DNA of 64,000 bases from assembly GCA_036677065.1 (NCBI GenBank), contig JAKFBS010000001.1:96001-160000 (forward strand). Reading direction: 5' to 3'. The notes beneath the pieces are model-generated. The model had not been told where the DNA came from. It did not search any database and was given only the letters and a program-made list of their open reading frames with translations. The position numbers and the translations under genes are program-made. Origin of the DNA: Bdellovibrio sp. (GTDB lineage Bacteria; Bdellovibrionota; Bdellovibrionia; Bdellovibrionales; Bdellovibrionaceae). The stretch's first letter is position 1, and every line of letters begins with the position of its first letter. Positions 1 to 10,420 of the stretch are shown one piece after another.

Positions 1-732
1 CTCAACGTGGGCATCAGGTAACCAAGTGTGTAATGGAAATAGTGGAACTTTAATCGCAAATGCTAATGCAAAAGCAAAGAACAATAACGTTTGTGCGGTG
101 AAAAAATCACCGGCCACAAATGGAATTTGTAATTTATAGAAATCAAGTAAGCTAGCACTTACTGCTCCGCCCGTTACTTCTGGAGTTAAGCGCATTAAAA
201 AGATAATCGCTAATAACATCAGAACAGATCCGGCCATCGTGTAGATGAAAAACTTGATCGTTGCATAAATTCTGCGAGCGCCGCCCCAGATGCCGACGAT
301 AAAGTACATCGGAACCAGCGATAATTCCCAGAACACATAGAATAAAACCGCATCCATCGCTAAGAAAGATCCCATCATCGCCGTTTGTAGAACAAAAAGC
401 GCAACGTGAAAGCCTTTAACTCTGTCTGTGATTGAATTCCAAGATCCTAAAATAATGATCGGGGTTAAAAACGTCGTTAGCATAATTAACATTAAACTAA
501 TGCCATCAATCCCGATAAAATATGAAATCCCGAAACGTGGAACCCAAGCGTATTGCTCAGCCATTTGCAGAGCTGCAGAAGCTTGGTCGAAGTCTTTAAG
601 AACCACAAGTGAGGCTAAAAATTCGATTAACGATAAGCCCAAAGCCAGTTGGCGAATTGTGGTTTTTTGCGGCCACACGGTCAGAATCACCGCAAAAACT
701 AAAGGTAAAAATAAAACAACTGATAACAACAT
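1..732 (-). CDS. nuoM: NADH-quinone oxidoreductase subunit M (partial, runs off window start)
   Basis: Not in ORF track; read by hand from ATG at 732: MLLSVVLFLPLVF...GIDGISL...FYVFWELSLVPMYFIVGIWGG; directly follows nuoL. Confidence 0.95.
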   Translation of the reverse strand, partial: MLLSVVLFLPLVFAVILTVWPQKTTIRQLALGLSLIEFLASLVVLKDFDQASAALQMAEQYAWVPRFGISYFIGIDGISLMLIMLTTFLTPIIILGSWNSITDRVKGFHVALFVLQTAMMGSFLAMDAVLFYVFWELSLVPMYFIVGIWGGARRIYATIKFFIYTMAGSVLMLLAIIFLMRLTPEVTGGAVSASLLDFYKLQIPFVAGDFFTAQTLLFFAFALAFAIKVPLFPLHTWLPDAHVE

Positions 733-735
733 CGA

Positions 736-2670
736 CTACCTCATCAACACAAATGTTAGAACGACAACGACACCTAATCCGATGTACATCGCGTATTGTT
801 GCATGTTTCCAGTTTGAAAAGAGCGAGCTAGCGAGCCCGCACCTTTTGTCATATCGCTGATCACATGAGTTGTCTTATCGATGAAATTCACATCGATATA
901 CATCCATAAATTCTGACTTTGCTTAACTAGTGGATTAATGATCCCGGCAAAGTAAGCCTCATCAACAAAATATTTATTGTTCACAAAGTTGTACACAGGA
1001 CCAAAAGCTTTTGCGATTTGTTCGTTAGTGCCTTTGTTATTTGTGTAAATACGGTAAGCCGTGAATGCAGAAATTAAAGCTAAGCTTACTGACGTCGCCA
1101 TTAAACCCCACTCTTCAGCTGCCGTGTGCGGTGCTCCCGTTTCAGGAAGTTTGCGAATTAAAGGGTCTAACCAGTCAGCCCAGTAATTTGGAATGTGTCC
1201 TAAATACTCGCCGATCACATGTGGAACACCAATGAATCCACCAATAACAGATAAAATAGCTAAGATAATTAATGGAATCGTCATGATCGCAGGGCTTTCA
1301 TGTGGATGAACCGATTTAGGAACTCTTGAGCTACCCCAGAAAGTTAACGCCATTAAACGAGTCATGTAGAACGCAGTTAATAACGCTCCCGCAACGCCAG
1401 CGATCCATAAGAAAACGCTCCCGCGCGGAGAAGCGTAAGCCTGCCATAAGATTTCATCTTTAGAAAAGAAACCTGAAAACAATGGAAACCCGATAATCGC
1501 AAGCCATCCCATTAAGAATGTAAAATGCGTGATCGGTAAGTATTTTTTTAGGCCGCCCATTTTGCGAATGTCTTGCTCTTCGTGCATCGCATGGATCACT
1601 GAACCAGAGCCCAAGAACATTAAAGCTTTAAAAAATGCGTGAGTCATTAAATGCATCATGCCTGCGCCGAACGCGCCAACCCCGACAGCTAAGAACATAT
1701 AACCAAGCTGAGATACTGTTGAGTAAGCTAATACTTTTTTAATATCAAACTGAGTTAAACCAATTGTTGCAGCCATTACCGCCGTCACCGCACCAATAAT
1801 TGCAATCACCATCATTGTGTTTGGTGCAGCTACGAACATTGGATTCAAACGCACGATCATGTAAACACCCGCAGTAACCATCGTTGCCGCATGGATTAAT
1901 GCAGATACCGGCGTTGGACCCGCCATTGCATCAGGTAACCAAACATAAAGTGGAACCTGCGCTGATTTTCCCGTCGCGCCGATGAATAACATGAGTGTTC
2001 CTAGGGTGGCTGCGCCCATCCAGCTCGCTTCAACAGTCGTTGGAGCTAAAGCGTTTAATTCAAACATATTTAATGTGCCGAATGAAAAGAACAAAATAAA
2101 CATACCGATAATGAAAGCCGCATCACCAATACGATTTGTGATGAAGGCTTTCATGCCGGCTGCAGCTTTGGCAGAATCAGAGAACCAAAACCCGATTAGC
2201 AAGTAAGAACAAAGCCCTACGCCTTCCCAGCCCACAAACATTGTTAATAATGAATCACCTAATACCAGGATTAACATGTTGAAGATAAAAAGATTTAAAT
2301 ACGCAAAGTATTTTGTAACACCTTTATCGTGGTGCATGTAACCAATCGAAAATAAGTGAATCAACGAACCGACGCCCGTAATGATTAAAATCATAATCGA
2401 GCTGATCTGATCGACGACAAAGCCAGCGTTAACTTTAAAACCGCCAACCGCGATCCATTCAAAAAAGTTAGCAGCCAATCGTCTTTGATCTACTGGTGCG
2501 TTGATCAAATCAATCATCAACATCACAGAACAGATAAAAGACACAAACACAGCGCCCGTGGCAATTGATCCGGCTAAAACATAGTTAGACGAACGAAAGC
2601 GAACTCCGTTTAAAATAAATCCCACCAAAGGGCTTAATAATAATATTGCAATCAATGCTTCATGACTCAT
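736..2670 (-). CDS. nuoL: NADH-quinone oxidoreductase subunit L
   Basis: GWEGVGLCSYLLIGFW, GKSAQVPLYVWLPDAMAGPTPVSALIHAATMVTAG motifs. Confidence 0.98.
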   Translation of the reverse strand: MSHEALIAILLLSPLVGFILNGVRFRSSNYVLAGSIATGAVFVSFICSVMLMIDLINAPVDQRRLAANFFEWIAVGGFKVNAGFVVDQISSIMILIITGVGSLIHLFSIGYMHHDKGVTKYFAYLNLFIFNMLILVLGDSLLTMFVGWEGVGLCSYLLIGFWFSDSAKAAAGMKAFITNRIGDAAFIIGMFILFFSFGTLNMFELNALAPTTVEASWMGAATLGTLMLFIGATGKSAQVPLYVWLPDAMAGPTPVSALIHAATMVTAGVYMIVRLNPMFVAAPNTMMVIAIIGAVTAVMAATIGLTQFDIKKVLAYSTVSQLGYMFLAVGVGAFGAGMMHLMTHAFFKALMFLGSGSVIHAMHEEQDIRKMGGLKKYLPITHFTFLMGWLAIIGFPLFSGFFSKDEILWQAYASPRGSVFLWIAGVAGALLTAFYMTRLMALTFWGSSRVPKSVHPHESPAIMTIPLIILAILSVIGGFIGVPHVIGEYLGHIPNYWADWLDPLIRKLPETGAPHTAAEEWGLMATSVSLALISAFTAYRIYTNNKGTNEQIAKAFGPVYNFVNNKYFVDEAYFAGIINPLVKQSQNLWMYIDVNFIDKTTHVISDMTKGAGSLARSFQTGNMQQYAMYIGLGVVVVLTFVLMR

Positions 2671-2676
2671 TTTAAA

Positions 2677-3003
2677 TTACCCCTTCAAGTGTTCAAAGAA
2701 TCTGATATTAACTTCTTTGAAGCGTTTAAAGATTGATACCGCTAATGCTAGGCCTACCGCCGCTTCAGCCGCCGCGATTGTCATTACAAAGAAAACCATA
2801 ATTTGGCCTTCGATGTTGTTGTTGTATTTTGAAAACGCCACAAAACTGATGTTTACGGCATTCAACATTAATTCAACTGACATTAATAAAACGATCAAGT
2901 TACGACGAAGTAATACGCCCGCCATACCCATAGAAAAAATAACCGCTGATAACACTAAGTAGTGTTCAAGACCGATTGTTGTGAAAATATTAGTCTCTGG
3001 CAT
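2677..3003 (-). CDS. nuoK: NADH-quinone oxidoreductase subunit K
   Basis: [21 protein letters not shown] motifs. Confidence 0.97.
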   Translation of the reverse strand: MPETNIFTTIGLEHYLVLSAVIFSMGMAGVLLRRNLIVLLMSVELMLNAVNISFVAFSKYNNNIEGQIMVFFVMTIAAAEAAVGLALAVSIFKRFKEVNIRFFEHLKG

Positions 3004-3532
3004 GTGTGCCCCCTCTGCTGCGTGATAGCGCTACAGTTCCAACTGCAATTACTAAAAGTAAAACGCCCAAAGCTTCAAAGCCAAAAACGTTTTGTAAAAA
3101 TAAGTTTTGTGCTAACGCCATCGTGTTGTCGGCGTAAGTTTTTCCGGTATTCGCATCCACTTGCGTTTTTTGCGATAACTCAATCGCCTTGGTGCTTAGC
3201 GTGATTGCACCAACAACTAATCCTGCTAAAATTCCGACTGAAGCAATCTTAACTGCTCCGGTAATTTTACCGCGCGTGAACGCCTGGATTTCGTGTTTCA
3301 AATCGAAAAGCATGATGACCATGACGAATAAAACCATCACCGCACCAGCATAAACGATCAATTGCACGCCCGCTAAAAAGAAAGCGCCTAAAGTTACAAA
3401 CAAAGCCGATACGCCCACCATCGTCATCGCCAGCGAAAGCGCTGAATAGATCGGGTTAGACATCAGAACTACAGATAGCCCCGCACCAACAGTTACAAAA
3501 GCTAAAAACCAAAACAAGATTGCATCAGTCAC
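2990..3532 (-). CDS. nuoJ: NADH-quinone oxidoreductase subunit J
   Basis: [19 protein letters not shown] motif. Confidence 0.97.
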   Translation of the reverse strand: MTDAILFWFLAFVTVGAGLSVVLMSNPIYSALSLAMTMVGVSALFVTLGAFFLAGVQLIVYAGAVMVLFVMVIMLFDLKHEIQAFTRGKITGAVKIASVGILAGLVVGAITLSTKAIELSQKTQVDANTGKTYADNTMALAQNLFLQNVFGFEALGVLLLVIAVGTVALSRSRGGTHARD

Positions 3533-3546
3533 AAATTCCTACTTTC

Positions 3547-4683
3547 TTAGAACGCAAATTGCGCCGCTGCGAAAATTACAATTGAAGTTAAAATCGTGTT
3601 AGCCAACGCCCACGGAAGCATGGTTTTCCAACCAAGATCCATTAGCTGGTCATATCTAAAACGCGGAAGAGTCCAACGAACATGGATGAAGATCCAAAGC
3701 AGAATTAAGAATTTAACATTGTACATCAAGAAGTGAAGTACCGTGTTTAAAATATTCGTTAAATCAGCAGAGAAACCAAAAGAGGCTAACCAGTCATGAA
3801 CGCCCTGAACTGTTGTCCACGGAATGTTGTAACCACCTAAAAAGAAAGTCGCAAACAAACCAGAAGCAATCATCATGTGACCGTACTCACCGATGAAGAA
3901 CATTAACATTTTAAAACCGCCGTACTCAGTGTGGAATCCGGCAACTAACTCTGCTTCGCCTTCGGCTAAGTCGAAAGGCAAACGATTGGATTCAGCAAAA
4001 GCTGCGGCAAAGAAAATTAAAGCGCCAAGCGGTTGAAAGAAAATTCCCCAGTTAGGTAGCGGCATTGTTAAGGTGCTGCCAAATCCGTTGAATGTTAAAA
4101 AACCTTGTTGCTGGGCTATCATATCACTTAGGTTAAATGTTCCGTAAGTCATGATCACGCCAACGATCGAAAGACCAAGCGCTAATTCGTAAGAAATAAT
4201 TTGAGCTGATGCGCGCATCGCTCCCATTAATGCAAACTTACTTCCCGAACCCCAGCCTGCCATCAAAATAGTGTAAGCCGCTAACGACGAAACACCCAAA
4301 ATGAAAACGATACCTACGTTAACTTCAAAGCCTTGAATTAAAAATTTTGAATCACCGATAATTAGTGGTGTCGACATTGGAATTGCCATGTAGGCAATTG
4401 AAGCCGGAATTAAAGCAAAAATCGGAGCCGCATAGAATAAATATTTATTACCTTTATCTGGTACAAAATCTTCTTTAGTTAAGAATTTCACAGCATCGGC
4501 AAGAAGCTGCATTAAACCCAAAGGCCCGATACGATTTGGACCAAAACGATTTTGAATAAATGCCGATCCACGACGCTCAACCCAAACTAAAATTGGAACA
4601 AGCTGAACCATCATTAAGAAAACTAAAATAGTTTTCACGACGTTGATTGTAATTTCAAAAGGAGTACTTCCCATATCCATCAT
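3547..4683 (-). CDS. nuoH: NADH-quinone oxidoreductase subunit H
   Basis: ERRGSAFIQNRFGPNR, NRLPFDLAEGEAELVAGFHTEY, PRFRYDQLM motifs. Confidence 0.98.
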   Translation of the reverse strand: MMDMGSTPFEITINVVKTILVFLMMVQLVPILVWVERRGSAFIQNRFGPNRIGPLGLMQLLADAVKFLTKEDFVPDKGNKYLFYAAPIFALIPASIAYMAIPMSTPLIIGDSKFLIQGFEVNVGIVFILGVSSLAAYTILMAGWGSGSKFALMGAMRASAQIISYELALGLSIVGVIMTYGTFNLSDMIAQQQGFLTFNGFGSTLTMPLPNWGIFFQPLGALIFFAAAFAESNRLPFDLAEGEAELVAGFHTEYGGFKMLMFFIGEYGHMMIASGLFATFFLGGYNIPWTTVQGVHDWLASFGFSADLTNILNTVLHFLMYNVKFLILLWIFIHVRWTLPRFRYDQLMDLGWKTMLPWALANTILTSIVIFAAAQFAF

Positions 4684-4696
4684 AAATTAGTTTCCT

Positions 4697-5068
4697 TTAG
4701 TCCCACTCAAGAGCTTTAGATTTGATTTCCCACCATAGACCAAAAATGAAAATCGCTAAGAAGATTGCCATTGATCCAAAAACAAAAGGCCCGGCGCCCG
4801 AGTGAATAAACTCTTTGAAACCAACTGCCCATGGGTACATAAAAATAATTTCGATATCGAACAGAATGAACAAGATCGCCGTTAAGTAGAACTTAACAGA
4901 AATTTTAGTATCCTTTTTTTCTTGTTCCGGAATACCACATTCGTAGATTTCCATTTTAGCTTCGCTAGTGCGCTTTGCGCGGCCACCCGTCCAACGTGCT
5001 AGGTAAATTAAAATTACCCCAAACACACCGATGAAAAGCGTGATAAAAATGATCCCACCTAAAGGCAT
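4697..5068 (-). CDS. nuoA: NADH-quinone oxidoreductase subunit A
   Basis: YECG and KFYLTAILFILFDIEIIFMYPWA motifs; AAGGAGG RBS. Confidence 0.97.
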   Translation of the reverse strand: MPLGGIIFITLFIGVFGVILIYLARWTGGRAKRTSEAKMEIYECGIPEQEKKDTKISVKFYLTAILFILFDIEIIFMYPWAVGFKEFIHSGAGPFVFGSMAIFLAIFIFGLWWEIKSKALEWD

Positions 5069-5135
5069 CTTGCCTCCTTATTTTAATGAATAGTTTTAAC
5101 TACTTAGTTATACAAAGCGTTCAGTTAAAAACCAA

Positions 5136-8100
5136 ATGAAAAAGCTCAGATTTGGACTGCCAAATTATTGTTTCGCGAATGGCTTTTCGTGGATGACGAA
5201 AGAATATTTTTTTGGCAACATCCAAAAAGTTTTTAGGAAAACCAACGAAGTGAATAGTCAGTATCAACTGCGTTTAGAAGAAATTATTCTTCGCGCGGCC
5301 AACAAAAAAAAAGAATTGTTTAATATTGTCGGCACTCAGTCGTCGGCAGCTATTTCTTTTTTGTTGTCACAACATTTTTCTATACATTTCAATGGCTTGC
5401 CGACGCTTGTCGTAGTTTCAAGTTTAGATGATGCCGAACTTTTTGCTAAGCAAATGAGCTTTTTTTCTAATGAATATCGCTGCCATATCTTAAAACATTT
5501 TGATGTTCAGCCGTATTCAGGTCTTTATCCATCGCCCTCGGCCTCGTGGGATCGTTCAAAATTTTTGTATTGGGCTAACCAACCAAACGCTGAAAAAAAC
5601 AACATCTTTATTGCGCCTATCTCGGCCCTTCAACAAAAGTCAGCTCCGTTTAGTCAATTCAACAAACGCTGTCGTGCTATTAAATCTGGCGACGAATTGC
5701 CAACAAACTTAGCCGAATATTTTCATGATTTAGGTTATCAGCCAGCGCCGGTGGTTGAAGATCGCGGGCAATACAGTATCCGCGGCGGTATTGTAGATAT
5801 CTTTTCAGTGGCCGAAGAAAAACCTATCCGTTTAGAACTTTTCGGCGATCAAGTTGAAACCCTAAGATATTTTTCTCATATTTCACAATTAAGCGAAGAT
5901 GTTACGAAGATTTTAAATTTAGCGCCGGTGTTTGAATATGAACTTGATGACGACAATTTAGAATCTGTTGTTAAAAAATTTCGCAAACAATTAGAAGGCC
6001 GTCCTGTTGCACATGCCGAGCGCGATGAATTACTTCGCGAGCTAACACAAAAAACTTTGTTTCCCGGTGCTGAATATCTTTTGCCTTATAGTTATGATTC
6101 GTTGGTTTCACCGCTTGAGCATTTTTCTTCGGGGTTAAATGTGATCATGCTTGATCCTGTCGAAGTGGCCAGAAAAGCTGATGAATTCTATCAAGAAGTC
6201 GTTGCCGATTACCGCACAGCCGAAACCACATTATTTAAACCAGAGATTGAAGAATTATATTTTTCATTTGATAAAGTTGTTTATCCCGAAGGCTCGCAAA
6301 CAATTCAATTTTCTAATTTAGCTTTTTTAACTGACGAATCTTTCACTGAGGAGCGCATTGAATACAAATCAAGTCCGCTGACTGAGTTTACCCAATTGGC
6401 CCACAATAAAACCCCTGGATCTACCGAGTGGATTTCTGTGGCGGCACCAAAATTACAATTATGGCGCAAAGATAAATTTAAAATATTTATATCGTACAAA
6501 AATCAAACTCAACTTGATCGCTTAAAAAATTTATTAGATCGCTTAGAAGTTGGTTTTGAAGTCGCACCTAGCTCGGGTTCTGCAAGTTATGATTGGGATA
6601 AATGGTTAAGCTATTTAGATCAAGCCAATCAACCGGCCGTGTTAATTCCGCGCGATCTGGGCGAAACAGTCTTGTTACACGAAGAACAAATTATTTTCTT
6701 ACGCGCCGATGACTTTTTCGGACGCAAACAACGAGCAGCGGCACAAAGCTCTTACGAAGAATTTTCTAAGAATGCCAAACGTTTAAGTTTCGGAGATTTA
6801 AAACCTAATGATTTAGTCGTGCATGTAAAACATGGCGTCGGTATTTACGAGGGTTTGAAGCTGATGAATGTGGGCGGTATCGATTCTGAATTCATTCAGG
6901 TCGCTTACAAAGACAAAGATAAATTATATTTACCGGTTTACCGCGTTGGCCAATTACAAAAATTTTCTGGAGCTTCGCAAACGACGATCTTAGATAAACT
7001 CGGCGGCACTGGTTGGGAAAAAACCACCAGCAAAGTTAAAAAACATTTACGCGATATTGCCGCTGAATTATTACAGCTTTATGCCAAGCGCGCTGAAATC
7101 ACCCGCTTTCCTTTAATGTTGGATGAGGTGGCTTACGGTCAGTTCGAGCGAGCCTTTCCATACGATGAAACGGTTGATCAATTGCGGGCGATCAATGAAA
7201 TTCAAAAAGATTTTCACAGCGATCACCCAATGGATCGCTTAGTATGTGGCGACGTGGGCTTTGGCAAAACCGAAGTGTCTATGCGCGCGGCATTTCAAGC
7301 CGTGTCGAACAAAAAGCAAGTAGCCGTGCTGGCACCAACAACAGTATTAACGTTTCAGCATTTAGAGACATTCAAAAAACGTTTTGCAGGATTTAACTAC
7401 GAAATTAGATCTTTAAATCGATTTGTTTCTACGGCTGATCAGAAAAAAACTTTAGCTGAATTGAAAGACGGTAAAGTCGATATACTTATTGGTACGCACC
7501 GTTTATTTAGTAAAGATGTTGTCTATAAAGATTTGGGTTTATTAATTATTGATGAAGAACAAAAGTTCGGCGTATTGCATAAAGAAAAAATTAAAAAGTT
7601 TAAAACTACCGTTGATACGTTAACTTTATCGGCAACACCCATACCAAGAACTTTAAATATGAGCTTTACCGGCGTGCGCGACCTATCAATTATCAACACG
7701 CCGCCAGTAGATCGTTTGCCGACAAGAACATTTGTTTCGAAATTTGATACTGAACTTATTCGTAAAGGCATTACCGCTGAAATCGCCCGTGGCGGCCAGG
7801 TTTATTTTATTCATAATCGCGTGCAATCTATTTACGGCATCGCCGATGAATTACGCCAGATACTTCCAGATGCGCGGATGAAGGTGGCTCACGGCCAAAT
7901 GGCCGAAGAAGATCTTGAATCAGCCATGCTTGCTTTTTTTAATCACGAAATCGATGTTCTAATTTGCACTTCAATTGTTGAATCGGGAATGGATGTTCCG
8001 CGTGCCAACACCATGTTTATTGATCAAGCGCATATGTTTGGTCTATCGCAGCTTTATCAATTGCGTGGACGCGTAGGCCGCAGCAAGGCGCGCGCTTATT

Positions 8101-8783
8101 GTTATTTATTAATGCCCAAAGACAAACGCATCGAAAAACATGCGCAAGAGCGGCTTAAAATTATTCAAGATAACTCGGCATTAGGTTCAGGAATTAAAAT
8201 TGCGCAGTACGATTTAGAATTGCGCGGCGCTGGTAATATTTTAGGTGATGACCAGTCTGGACATGTGAATTCAGTTGGTTATGAAATGTATATGGATCTG
8301 TTAAACGAAGCCCTTGCCGAAGCAAAAGGTGAAAACACACCTGATGCTGAACTGGATCCAGAAATTAATTTACGTATTCCTGCGCTTATTCCGGATAACT
8401 ACATTAAAGATATTCGCATTAGACTTAGTTATTACAAAGCTTTAGCAGATATTAAATCTCAAGAAGACTTAGACCAAATCGAAGCCGAATTAAAAGATCA
8501 ATTTGGCGAACTACCTGAGCCCGTGGTTAATTTAATGGGCTTAATGTTAATTCGTCGCCAATGTAAAAACTTAGGCGTACGCGATATCAGCGGCGGGCTA
8601 AAAACTGTGTCTCTGGTATTCACCGAGCAAACCAAATTAAAACCGCAAACAGCGATCCAATTGGCCATGCGTGAAAACAAAAAATATTCAATCACGCCAG
8701 ATCAGCGTTTAAATGTGCGCATGAACACCATTACTTGGTCTGCCGTTTATGAAGAGCTTCAGTATTTATTAAGTTTAGTTTGA
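5136..8783 (+). CDS. mfd: Transcription-repair coupling factor (true start probably somewhat downstream)
   Basis: VRGGIVDIF-like UvrB module, CarD-like RID (VVHVKHGVG), CGDVGFGKT, DEEQKFG, SATPIPR, QLRGRVGR, TRCF C-terminus. Confidence 0.98.
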   Translation: MKKLRFGLPNYCFANGFSWMTKEYFFGNIQKVFRKTNEVNSQYQLRLEEIILRAANKKKELFNIVGTQSSAAISFLLSQHFSIHFNGLPTLVVVSSLDDAELFAKQMSFFSNEYRCHILKHFDVQPYSGLYPSPSASWDRSKFLYWANQPNAEKNNIFIAPISALQQKSAPFSQFNKRCRAIKSGDELPTNLAEYFHDLGYQPAPVVEDRGQYSIRGGIVDIFSVAEEKPIRLELFGDQVETLRYFSHISQLSEDVTKILNLAPVFEYELDDDNLESVVKKFRKQLEGRPVAHAERDELLRELTQKTLFPGAEYLLPYSYDSLVSPLEHFSSGLNVIMLDPVEVARKADEFYQEVVADYRTAETTLFKPEIEELYFSFDKVVYPEGSQTIQFSNLAFLTDESFTEERIEYKSSPLTEFTQLAHNKTPGSTEWISVAAPKLQLWRKDKFKIFISYKNQTQLDRLKNLLDRLEVGFEVAPSSGSASYDWDKWLSYLDQANQPAVLIPRDLGETVLLHEEQIIFLRADDFFGRKQRAAAQSSYEEFSKNAKRLSFGDLKPNDLVVHVKHGVGIYEGLKLMNVGGIDSEFIQVAYKDKDKLYLPVYRVGQLQKFSGASQTTILDKLGGTGWEKTTSKVKKHLRDIAAELLQLYAKRAEITRFPLMLDEVAYGQFERAFPYDETVDQLRAINEIQKDFHSDHPMDRLVCGDVGFGKTEVSMRAAFQAVSNKKQVAVLAPTTVLTFQHLETFKKRFAGFNYEIRSLNRFVSTADQKKTLAELKDGKVDILIGTHRLFSKDVVYKDLGLLIIDEEQKFGVLHKEKIKKFKTTVDTLTLSATPIPRTLNMSFTGVRDLSIINTPPVDRLPTRTFVSKFDTELIRKGITAEIARGGQVYFIHNRVQSIYGIADELRQILPDARMKVAHGQMAEEDLESAMLAFFNHEIDVLICTSIVESGMDVPRANTMFIDQAHMFGLSQLYQLRGRVGRSKARAYCYLLMPKDKRIEKHAQERLKIIQDNSALGSGIKIAQYDLELRGAGNILGDDQSGHVNSVGYEMYMDLLNEALAEAKGENTPDAELDPEINLRIPALIPDNYIKDIRIRLSYYKALADIKSQEDLDQIEAELKDQFGELPEPVVNLMGLMLIRRQCKNLGVRDISGGLKTVSLVFTEQTKLKPQTAIQLAMRENKKYSITPDQRLNVRMNTITWSAVYEELQYLLSLV

Positions 8784-9548
8784 TTTTAAAGTCTGAATAA
8801 CATCATGACTTGAAGAAAAATTTAATCTAACGGCCTGGCCTTCGCTGCCAATTTTACCTATTAATTTACTATTTCGATAAATTTCATAATTAAATTTACG
8901 ATCTAGCGCTTGTAACATCGACTCAACACATGGAAGAGTGTCTTGATTAAAATAATCTGTTTTTAAATACTTGATAAAGGCATCGTCTGATAATTTTTCA
9001 GAAATTTGCGAAAGTGTTAGCTGAAAACCTAATTGCCCTTCGTAAATTGCATCCATCGGATAATGCACATTTAAGACACCTTTGGTTTCAGAAAGTGCAA
9101 TCACCGCGCGTGCCGTTTGACAGGCACAAATAGTGAAATTTCCTCCCGCAATTACGACATCGTTTCCACGCATCACTATGCGGTGTGAATCTCCCTGAAA
9201 GGGATAGAGATTGTCTGCCGTCACACCTTTGGGAAAATAATTAGCTGTTAATTTTTGGCTGCGATCTTGTAAATCCGCCATATAGAGATATGGCAGATTT
9301 TTACTGGCAAAATACTGCACTAACTTTTCGGTACCACTCCAGGTCTGGTGCTGATTATCCCAGTAGTGTGAATTATGCGTGACTAGCAGCAGCTGTGACT
9401 GCTCAAACACTCTAGATGGATATGAAAAGCTATCCATAACTTCGACTTTAAAACTACGACCACCAGAATTAAATATCTGTTCAACTACCTCGCCAGCAGA
9501 TGATATTTGCACAAACATAAAAGTAATCAATAAAGCCAATGTTTTCAC
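8775..9548 (-). CDS. Secreted protein with isochorismatase/cysteine-hydrolase-like fold
   Basis: Signal peptide; LLLVTH...KNLPYLY...VVIAGGNFTICACQTARA...VHYPMDAI parallels isochorismatase-family motif order. Confidence 0.55.
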   Translation of the reverse strand: MKTLALLITFMFVQISSAGEVVEQIFNSGGRSFKVEVMDSFSYPSRVFEQSQLLLVTHNSHYWDNQHQTWSGTEKLVQYFASKNLPYLYMADLQDRSQKLTANYFPKGVTADNLYPFQGDSHRIVMRGNDVVIAGGNFTICACQTARAVIALSETKGVLNVHYPMDAIYEGQLGFQLTLSQISEKLSDDAFIKYLKTDYFNQDTLPCVESMLQALDRKFNYEIYRNSKLIGKIGSEGQAVRLNFSSSHDVIQTLKSN

Positions 9549-9620
9549 AGAGAACCTTTATAACATGTTTTTTATGACCCTGAGGGATTACTTGAGTTGC
9601 TAAGTCTGGCTATGAAATAA

Positions 9621-10409
9621 TTACTGCTCTGGATATACAATCTGTATATCGGCTATACGATCTTTTTTGCTTTTTCTAACACGCGCCTTGCGCCCGGCCT
9701 TAACTATTAACGGTTTCTCGCCTGAGTCGTCATCAAGAGCTGCGATTTTCTTACTACTCGATTTCTTGGTTGCAACTTTTCGAGCACTGCTTTTTTTAAG
9801 CTTCACTAGACGAATTTTTACCTGTCCTTTTTGTACAGAGACGCTTTCGTCAGCCTCTGCCGGTTCGCCATTTAGCTCGGCAAGCGCCTGATTTAAATCT
9901 ACTGAATATTTAGTGCCTATTGGAGTTATCTCGATCGAACTCGTTGCGACCTCAAAATTTTCTTCACTTGCTTTGCATTCTGTTTCGCGGGCTTGATGGT
10001 TAGACGAAAAAATCGCTTTGCCACTTTGAAGTTCAAAACTTAAGTGACAGATTTTTTCATCGAGAGATTTGTTATATCGTATGATTTTAATTGCTGTTTT
10101 TGGTAAAAGCTCAATCATTTGGCCCGTAGAAGGAATATAAACTTTAGCTTTGTCTGTTTTTGCTGTAATCGTCATGCCCGGAGTTAAAACCATGTTGTCA
10201 TCAATTTTAACATCTTCACCTTTTTCGTTTTTCACAAGCAAAGAAGATGCGCCGCTGAGCAAAGGTTTGGGCAAATACACTGTTGCCGGCGTTTCAATTT
10301 GTTGAGCTATTTGCAATAGATTTTGCACAGACGAATTGCCCTGCATACCACACGCTATCGCCTCGTTCGTAGAGGCTAATAAATAAATGACCACGAGCAA
10401 TAGTCGCAT
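9621..10409 (-). CDS. Exported FecR-like domain protein with Lys-rich C-terminal region
   Basis: Signal peptide; FELQSGKA, FEVATSSIEITPIGTKYSV, VSVQKGQVKI resemble FecR-domain pattern (L..G, V.T, V.GT.F.V, V.V.EG.V). Confidence 0.65.
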   Translation of the reverse strand: MRLLLVVIYLLASTNEAIACGMQGNSSVQNLLQIAQQIETPATVYLPKPLLSGASSLLVKNEKGEDVKIDDNMVLTPGMTITAKTDKAKVYIPSTGQMIELLPKTAIKIIRYNKSLDEKICHLSFELQSGKAIFSSNHQARETECKASEENFEVATSSIEITPIGTKYSVDLNQALAELNGEPAEADESVSVQKGQVKIRLVKLKKSSARKVATKKSSSKKIAALDDDSGEKPLIVKAGRKARVRKSKKDRIADIQIVYPEQ

Positions 10410-10420
10410 TAAAACCCTTA

